Assembly (NCBI GenBank): GCA_963457525.1
Contig: OY734805.1
Span: 2,219,150-2,283,149 of the forward strand
Direction: 5' to 3'
From: Parvibaculaceae bacterium
GTDB lineage: Bacteria; Pseudomonadota; Alphaproteobacteria; JAPOUT01
Length of the DNA: 64,000 nt
Shown: positions 58,102 through 64,000 of the stretch, in pieces
Position numbering within the stretch: the stretch's first letter is position 1
How the letters are laid out: each line of letters starts with the position of its first letter
Program-made: the position numbers and the translations under genes
Notes under the pieces: model-generated
Told to the model about the DNA's origin: nothing
The model's database searches: none
Seen by the model: only the letters and a program-made list of their open reading frames with translations

Positions 58102-59199
58102 ATGTTGAATAATTCTATACAATATAAGGCAGGGAATCCGTATCGACATGCTGGAGTCGATATGGATGCTTTTAACACATGGGTTAAGGCTATCCAGCCT
58201 ATCGTGACTTCTACGCGGCAGGAAGGAAGTAATGGAAAACTCGGTGACTTTGGTGGCGTTTTCGATCTGCAGAAAATGCAGTTTGAAGACCCTCTTTTGA
58301 TTGCCGCCAACGATGGTGTTGGCACGAAAATTGCTGTGGCAATAAGCATGAAACACCATGATAATATCGGAATTGACTTGGTTGCTATGAGTGTTAACGA
58401 TGTTGTTGCACAAGGTGGGCAACCGCTCTTCTTTCTCGATTACCTTGCATCTACACGTCTAAATACTGAAGTCGCTACGAAAGTTATTACCAGTATTGCG
58501 GAAGGGTGCAAACAAGCGAAGTGCGTGCTTATAGGAGGCGAGACTGCTGAAATGCCAGATATGCACCGCGAAGGAGAGGAAGAGTATGAGCTAGCTGGTT
58601 TTGCAGTAGGTGCCTGTGAACGTAGTGACTTACTACCGCATAAAAAAGACATCAAAACTGACGATATATTATTTGGATTGGCATCAAGCGGCTTTCACGC
58701 CAACGGATTCTCTCTTCTGCGTCATATTCTCAAAGAGCATGGGCTTGACTACGATTCGGCTTTCCCTCTCGATGAAAGCAAAAGCATCGGAGAGATTTTA
58801 TTACGAGCGACTCGCATCTATGTTGACTCTATTGTTAATGCGATGAAAGAGACCAGCGCAATTAAGGCTTTGGCGCATATCACTGGTGGCGGTTTTATCG
58901 ATAACATTCCTCGCGCACTGCCGAGTGAACTCTCTGTAGAAATAAACTTAGGTAGTTGGGAGATGCCGATAGAAATGCAATGGTTTCAAAATCTTGGTAA
59001 ATGGGAAGATGTAGAAATGGTACGCACTTTTAACTGTGGGATTGGTATGGTTGGAATCACATCACCTGAAAATAAGGAAAAATTATTTAGTATTTTGCAA
59101 GAGAAGGGTGAAACGGTTTATGAAATCGGCAGGGTAGTAGAAAATAAGAAAGAGAAAGAAAGAGTCCATCTACTTGGCAAATTGGAGGCACTCAAATAG
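58102..59199 (+). CDS. purM: Phosphoribosylformylglycinamidine cyclo-ligase
   Basis: Contains YRHAGVDMDA...DGVGTKIAVA...DLVAMSVNDVVAQGGQPLFFLDYLA...GGETAEMP...HITGGGF; 365 aa. GC is markedly lower than in upstream genes. Confidence 0.95.
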   Translation: MLNNSIQYKAGNPYRHAGVDMDAFNTWVKAIQPIVTSTRQEGSNGKLGDFGGVFDLQKMQFEDPLLIAANDGVGTKIAVAISMKHHDNIGIDLVAMSVNDVVAQGGQPLFFLDYLASTRLNTEVATKVITSIAEGCKQAKCVLIGGETAEMPDMHREGEEEYELAGFAVGACERSDLLPHKKDIKTDDILFGLASSGFHANGFSLLRHILKEHGLDYDSAFPLDESKSIGEILLRATRIYVDSIVNAMKETSAIKALAHITGGGFIDNIPRALPSELSVEINLGSWEMPIEMQWFQNLGKWEDVEMVRTFNCGIGMVGITSPENKEKLFSILQEKGETVYEIGRVVENKKEKERVHLLGKLEALK

Positions 59200-59246
59200 A
59201 AAACAAGATTCCCATTGGGATTCTTATCTCCGGGCGAGGGTCAAAC

Positions 59247-59855
59247 ATGTCGGCTCTTTTGGAGGCATGCCGAGGGAAAGACTATCCCTGCAAACCTGTC
59301 CTCATTATCTCCAACCGACCTGATGCCGATGGCCTCAAGATTGCACAAGATGCCGATGTTCCAGCTCGCATCATTGATCATAAAGAGTTTTCCGACCGAG
59401 AAAGCTTCGAGACCCAACTGGATAAAGCGCTCAAAGACTCCGGCGCGCATATTTTGTGCAACGCAGGGTTCATGCGGGTTCTTACGGAGAAATTCACCGA
59501 ACGGTGGCATAACCGCCATTTAAACATCCACCCGTCGCTATTACCGTCCTTTCCCGGAACCCGCAGTCACGAACAAGCTCTGGCATCCGGTGTGAAAATC
59601 ACGGGCTGCACTGTTCATTATGTTCGAGCAAAGGTTGATACTGGCCCTATCATCGCACAAGCGGCAACCTCCATACGTTCCGATGATACTGTTGAGACTC
59701 TTTCGGCGAGAGTGCTCCGATTGGAACACCAACTTTATCCTTACGCGCTAAAATTGGTCGCCGAAGGCCGGGCGCCGGTTGTTGATGAACAAGTCGCTCT
59801 CAAACAATCCGGCGGAGAAGAAAGCGTTGGATTCTTCTCCCCACCTATCCAGTAA
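59247..59855 (+). CDS. purN: Phosphoribosylglycinamide formyltransferase (true start probably upstream of the first ATG)
   Basis: Contains [12 protein letters not shown] and [15 protein letters not shown]. The conserved N-terminal IGILISGRGSN motif is encoded in frame upstream of the ATG at 59247 (59208-59246), and no ATG, GTG or TTG precedes it. Confidence 0.85.
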   Translation: MSALLEACRGKDYPCKPVLIISNRPDADGLKIAQDADVPARIIDHKEFSDRESFETQLDKALKDSGAHILCNAGFMRVLTEKFTERWHNRHLNIHPSLLPSFPGTRSHEQALASGVKITGCTVHYVRAKVDTGPIIAQAATSIRSDDTVETLSARVLRLEHQLYPYALKLVAEGRAPVVDEQVALKQSGGEESVGFFSPPIQ

Positions 59856-60267
59856 TCTCTTCGTCCGTAAAGAAAAAAGAAATCTCGGTAGCTGCGTTTT
59901 CAAGGCTGTCGGATCCGTGGACACTGTTTGCCTCGATTGACTCGGCGTATAAAGAGCGAATGGTGCCCTCTTTCGCCTGCGAGGGGTCCGTGGCTCCCAT
60001 GATTTCGCGATTGAGCGCAACGGCATTCTCGCCCTCGAGAATCTGAACCACGACTGGCCCGGAGGTCATGAAAGAAACCAAGTCGGCGTAGAAAGGACGT
60101 TCCTTGTGCACCTCGTAGAAGCCCTCGGCCTGTTTGCGGCTCAAACGCAGACGTTTCTGCGCTATTACACGCAAACCTCCGGCTTCAAGGGCAGCGATGA
60201 TATTGCCTGTGATGCTACGCCGGGTTGCATCCGGTTTGATAATGGAAAGGGTACGCTCTGTGGCCAT
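59845..60267 (-). CDS. ndk: Nucleoside diphosphate kinase
   Basis: Contains [14 protein letters not shown]...NSVHGSDS; 140 aa. The 3' end overlaps the purN 3' end by 11 nt (convergent). Confidence 0.95.
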   Translation of the reverse strand: MATERTLSIIKPDATRRSITGNIIAALEAGGLRVIAQKRLRLSRKQAEGFYEVHKERPFYADLVSFMTSGPVVVQILEGENAVALNREIMGATDPSQAKEGTIRSLYAESIEANSVHGSDSLENAATEISFFFTDEEITG

Positions 60268-60473
60268 AAATTTGTTCCTCTATTGTTACGAGAACAATAA
60301 GATGTCCCAAATGGCTGAAATTGTAAAGAGCTTATATCCCCCTTGCCTCAATAGGGCTTCCTTGACACTCTAGGTCTGTTCGTATCGAGTCTCGCCGATT
60401 CTCAACTCTTTAGCTGACGCTTTGAGATAGCTTTGTGCTGTTTTCGTAACCATTCAACTCACTTCTTAATTTT

Positions 60474-60887
60474 TTATGCTCGCGCGCTCTGCGACAAAAC
60501 AAACACACTCGCCAACGCGATTAAACTACCGTAAAAGACCAATTGCGGGCTCGAAGCAACACCGCCGCTGACGTACGAAGCAGCATGTTCACAGTTATTA
60601 CTCAGGGGACAATAAGGCTTATTTAATGCCAACAGGTGCTGCACGCGCCTTGTAAACTCCTGGGGCGACTGAACACCTTGGTCCAAAACCTTAACCTTTT
60701 TATCGTTTGCAAATTGGTTAAATGTAATAATTTCGGCATCGTTTTTCCAATGGTTATGGAAGACTTTCCCGTTCCCCATATACCGCCCAACGTGGACACA
60801 AGGAACCTTCCCCACGCCAAGTTTTGTTCCAATTGGATACATCATGTTCTCCTTACCAAATATTAAGTTAAGATACTTGTTTTCCAT
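60474..60887 (-). CDS. LRAT/PLAAT-like (NlpC/P60 superfamily) thiol acyltransferase/phospholipase homologue with a C-terminal TM anchor
   Basis: 137 aa. H-box VHVGRYMGNGKVFHN, NCEH motif (PLSNNCEHAASYV) and a C-terminal hydrophobic helix LVFYGSLIALASVFVL. The start may be an internal Met (MMYPIG). Confidence 0.6.
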   Translation of the reverse strand: MENKYLNLIFGKENMMYPIGTKLGVGKVPCVHVGRYMGNGKVFHNHWKNDAEIITFNQFANDKKVKVLDQGVQSPQEFTRRVQHLLALNKPYCPLSNNCEHAASYVSGGVASSPQLVFYGSLIALASVFVLSQSARA

Positions 60888-60920
60888 GCCGTTATCTGTT
60901 GTGCGTATACTAGTTGGATA

Positions 60921-61946
60921 TTAAGAATGATCCACTCCAGAATCGAGTATTATTGCTAATAATATCATGGCAAAGAGTGCAATAAAAGCGATTGCTATCC
61001 CCCAATAAGGATATGCCCATGCTAGCACTGCAAGAGGTGCGAGTAGCACGATATTGACGGTACCGACTGCCAAGGAAACTCTACCGTGGCTATTCCAATA
61101 ACGGCTAAGATGGTTATAAGCGTGGGCATCATGAGGCTCCTTCCACGCTTTGATGTTTCCTGCCATGCGCCGTATTTTAGCAACCGTAGAATCACCAAGA
61201 AAAATAGCGAAAAGAATCATCCAGCACCACGGCGATACGCTTCCTGTTTGCGCCGATGTAAGTGCAAGTAGAGCTATCATCATACCCAGGAAGTAAGCTC
61301 CCGAATCACCGAGAAAGATTTTGGCATTTCTGATATTCCACGGCAGAAATCCTGCAGTTGTTGCTACGAGCAGGGCGCACAGTAGGAGACTCACGGTATC
61401 ACCGTATGCCCATGCAAGTAGCCCTGCTATGCCAGCGACAAAGATGACTTCGCTTGAGGCAAGTCCGTTGAGACCGTCCATGAAGTTTGTGATGTTGATA
61501 ACCCATAGCATCGCGAGTGCCAGAAGTATCTGCTCAACATAACCCCATTTCCAAACGATGCTACCGATCTGAACTTGCTCAACGCCGCCAAGCCAGAATA
61601 TCGCCCACGCAATCGCAATAATCTGAAGGATAAGCCGTGTTTCTGCTTTAATGCCATCCTTGGCAATATCGTCAAACAAACCTGAAAGCATGGCCAGACT
61701 TCCGGCGCCGAGGAAACCGACAAACGTGGACATCTCGATGCGGCCAATCTTCATCAGGACGATCAAGCCGATAGAGTAAGCAATCCAAATAGCGCAACCG
61801 CCTCCTCTTGGTGTCGCTTCCGTATGCGATGAGCGTTCCTTGGGAGTATCAAGAGCGTAACGACTCAATGGTACACGCAATACCCCGACCATTGCGCTGG
61901 AAAAAAGTCCCAAAAAGATGAGTAGCCCAAGTTCTACTGTCGTCAT
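60921..61946 (-). CDS. Glycosyltransferase family 4 polyprenyl-phosphate sugar-1-phosphate transferase (WecA/WbpL/MraY family)
   Basis: 341 aa polytopic protein with NITNFMDGLNGLAS and FLGDSGAYFLG motifs. Confidence 0.85.
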   Translation of the reverse strand: MTTVELGLLIFLGLFSSAMVGVLRVPLSRYALDTPKERSSHTEATPRGGGCAIWIAYSIGLIVLMKIGRIEMSTFVGFLGAGSLAMLSGLFDDIAKDGIKAETRLILQIIAIAWAIFWLGGVEQVQIGSIVWKWGYVEQILLALAMLWVINITNFMDGLNGLASSEVIFVAGIAGLLAWAYGDTVSLLLCALLVATTAGFLPWNIRNAKIFLGDSGAYFLGMMIALLALTSAQTGSVSPWCWMILFAIFLGDSTVAKIRRMAGNIKAWKEPHDAHAYNHLSRYWNSHGRVSLAVGTVNIVLLAPLAVLAWAYPYWGIAIAFIALFAMILLAIILDSGVDHS

Positions 61947-63205
61947 TCTGTTAATGTTGAAGTCTTTTCAGCTTCATGTCCAAACAAAATGAACAGCCAG
62001 AAGGTGATGCAAAACAGGGCTACCACCCAACCACTCCATAAATTATAACTAAATGTGATAGGACAGAGAGCACAGAAGAAACCACCCAAGGTATAGAAAC
62101 GATATTGCAAGGGCATCTTTTGAATATTATGCAAAATAACTCCGAGCAGCCAGACAAGCAGAATAAGCCCAAAGATTCCTAACTCCAGCCATATCTGCAA
62201 GGTGAAGTTATGAGGATAGTGCGCAAATCTGCCGAATAGAAATGCGGAATGGTCAATTCGCGCCGCATCCCGTCCGTATCCAAACCAAGGTTGTGTGACA
62301 ACGTCCATGATGACCGCTTTGTAAAGTTCAAAGCGCGGCGCAGCATTGAGAGACGCAATCTTATTATCCAAGTCAAGGATAAACTGTGGTGCCGGCGAGA
62401 ACATGGCGATGCAGAATGGCATAACAATGAACGCGCCAAGCAACCCCCACAATGCAACGGATTGCAACCGTTCCGGCATGCGTGGCAACACCGCGACAAT
62501 CCCAATTCCCACGAGCAACCCAACCTTTGCGGCCTCATTGGCGGAAAGAAGCAAGGTGCTTACCAGCACAAAACCCAGCAACACCCCTCTTGTCATCTTC
62601 GATTTTAATGCCATCGCCATCGGAAATACCAATAGCGCATAGACCATGTATTGCGGGTTGAAAGTCCAGTGTCCGTTTTGTTCGATGATATTCAAGAACT
62701 TCGGCTCGCTGTCTGTTAAGATAGGGGCAACGTAGTTCCAGAAACTCCGGTAGATGAACCCGTAAGTAACACTTTCAAACACCAATATCAAATACCCGCC
62801 GATACCAAAAAGGAAAAACAACACGGCAACGCGCCCGCCTCGTTGAAAGCTCTCCATCTTCAGATTTTTGCTGTTTTGAACCAGCAGATACCCGCATAGG
62901 GCAAGGGCGCATAACAAAAGAGCTTTCCCCAAGGACAGCATCAAATGCTCTTGCTCTCCCCAAAAAGAGGAGATAATTGCGTATGCCGCGAAAACGACCA
63001 GAGCGAGCAAGGGGTTGGAGAGTTGGAGCCCGGGAAGAGGGAAACGCCATTTCCACGACCGTGATGTAATAAACAGCACGAACAAGCCCACCGGAGGTAG
63101 CCAGAAAAACTTCGTGGGCATGAAAACCGCAGCGAAAATCATCACTGCAAAGAGCACGCTATACCGCCGAACAGTCAAGCCATTTTGTGTTTCAATTGAG
63201 TTCAT
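61943..63205 (-). CDS. O-antigen ligase/polymerase family membrane protein (Wzy_C domain)
   Basis: 420 aa with about 10 or more TM segments and the motif HYPHNFTLQIWLELGIFGLILL. Confidence 0.8.
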   Translation of the reverse strand: MNSIETQNGLTVRRYSVLFAVMIFAAVFMPTKFFWLPPVGLFVLFITSRSWKWRFPLPGLQLSNPLLALVVFAAYAIISSFWGEQEHLMLSLGKALLLCALALCGYLLVQNSKNLKMESFQRGGRVAVLFFLFGIGGYLILVFESVTYGFIYRSFWNYVAPILTDSEPKFLNIIEQNGHWTFNPQYMVYALLVFPMAMALKSKMTRGVLLGFVLVSTLLLSANEAAKVGLLVGIGIVAVLPRMPERLQSVALWGLLGAFIVMPFCIAMFSPAPQFILDLDNKIASLNAAPRFELYKAVIMDVVTQPWFGYGRDAARIDHSAFLFGRFAHYPHNFTLQIWLELGIFGLILLVWLLGVILHNIQKMPLQYRFYTLGGFFCALCPITFSYNLWSGWVVALFCITFWLFILFGHEAEKTSTLTE

Positions 63206-63436
63206 ATCTCACGCAAAATATAGGATTTCCTAGTAAAGGGCAAGATGGCATGTGATAGTTGGAATCATGCCGTTTTTAGAACCCCTATAAATGCGGATAG
63301 AGCGCCAAGTTGCATGCCGCATGAGATGGAAAAGCGGGATTATGGACATACTTCTAACCGGGGAGACAGAGGCAACTACGACGGGCTACGGAAGGCAATC
63401 TTTATCAAAAAAAGCACTTTGGAAAAGGGCTCTATT

Positions 63437-64000
63437 TCACTGCTTCGAACTGAGCAGGCGCTGATACAACTCGTAGTATGACTTGGCCTGTCGTTCTGCC
63501 GTAAATAACTCATTGGATCGTTTCTTTGCATTTTTTCCCATTTGGACCGCAATATCCGGATGATCTAGAAGATACTGCATTGCTTCCCTTAACTCACGGG
63601 GTGAACCAGGGTTAATAACAAGCCCTGTTTCATTTGCGACGTTAACAAAAGTTGTGCCGGTTCCAATTTCGCATGAAATCATTGGTTTTCCAACTGCTGC
63701 AGCCTCTAACAAGGCAATGCCAAATGCCTCGGAACGAAGATGAGACGGAAAGACAAATCCATAGCAAAGATGGATAAGTGCAATTTTATCCTCGTCCTTC
63801 ACGAAGCCAAGAAAATCAATATTGTTCAACTGAAGCGAAGCGGCTTGCGCTTTCAACTCTTTTTCAATGCCGTTAATTCCTGCAATGGCAACTCGAATTT
63901 TTGTTCCGGCAATAGCTTCAAGGGCGAGATGAAGTCCTTTGTAATACCTCATAGCACCAACAAATAAAAAGAAGGGCTCGGGCAATCGACTTCTCCAATA
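63437..64000 (-). CDS. Glycosyltransferase family 1 (GT-B, GT4-type), partial; 5' end beyond the window
   Basis: C-terminal GT1 domain with FVFPSHLRSEAFGIALLEAAAVGKPMISCEIGTG. The reading frame stays open to position 64000. Confidence 0.8.
   Translation of the reverse strand, partial: YWRSRLPEPFFLFVGAMRYYKGLHLALEAIAGTKIRVAIAGINGIEKELKAQAASLQLNNIDFLGFVKDEDKIALIHLCYGFVFPSHLRSEAFGIALLEAAAVGKPMISCEIGTGTTFVNVANETGLVINPGSPRELREAMQYLLDHPDIAVQMGKNAKKRSNELFTAERQAKSYYELYQRLLSSKQ

Noticed and set aside
60392-60403. The 12-mer TCGCCGATTCTC recurs here as well as upstream of pyrB (50219)
   Set aside because: Hundreds of coincidental 12-mer pairs are expected in 64 kb when both strands are counted. A single distant recurrence carries no weight.
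63245-63481. A 78-aa plus-strand ORF between the O-antigen ligase and GT1 genes
   Set aside because: It overlaps the 3' end of the GT1 gene in antisense. It has no ribosome-binding site and no motifs.

Overview
This is a 64-kb chromosomal segment, roughly 60% GC by eye. Gene content and order look alphaproteobacterial (inference): yajC-secDF, a DUF815 ATPase, surE-serS-tatCBA, scpAB-nagZ, rplS-trmD-rimM-rpsP / ffh, irr, pdxJ, gatCAB-ruvX, and pyrB-pyrC'-plsY-topA-rnr. I call about 70 coding regions. I saw no rRNA, tRNA or CRISPR array. The most interesting content is as follows. (1) A 14-kb locus at 26.3-40.7 kb has two divergently transcribed sets, each with a GS-fold ligase and a split glutamate-synthase-like trio (GATase / GXGXG / FMN). 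One set also carries a TRAP importer and a third GS paralogue; the other ends in an unrecognised 129-aa protein. It resembles GmaS/MgsABC and glnT-glxBCD, but no NMG dehydrogenase is in view. This is my best candidate for an uncharacterised amine or nitrogen assimilation system. (2) A LonC-like protease with degenerate Walker A and B motifs is translationally coupled to a 296-aa tandem USP-like protein. (3) An irr gene is followed by a near-consensus Irr ICE box in front of a rubrerythrin / CCG Fe-S protein / DUF3501 operon. (4) Three low-GC insertions interrupt conserved syntenic blocks. The first is a TbpB-like lipoprotein between ffh and rpsP, flanked by a 10-bp perfect inverted repeat with imperfect extension. 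The second is an island of small coiled-coil, membrane and secreted ORFs at 20-21.8 kb. The third, at 47.8-50.35 kb, holds a HEPN-type two-gene module, an IS5-family transposase remnant, a lipoprotein and a paralogue of one island-2 gene. (5) An LRAT/PLAAT-like NCEH thiol acyltransferase homologue sits next to O-antigen genes. (6) Composition shifts abruptly at about 57.94 kb, and purN has no canonical start codon upstream of its conserved N-terminal motif. (7) Many housekeeping proteins carry low-complexity charged tails (S16, L19, ScpB, SecD, TopA), and there is a tandem-repeat histone-H1-like protein. All product calls come from reading the supplied translations and from motif recognition. 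No database search was run.
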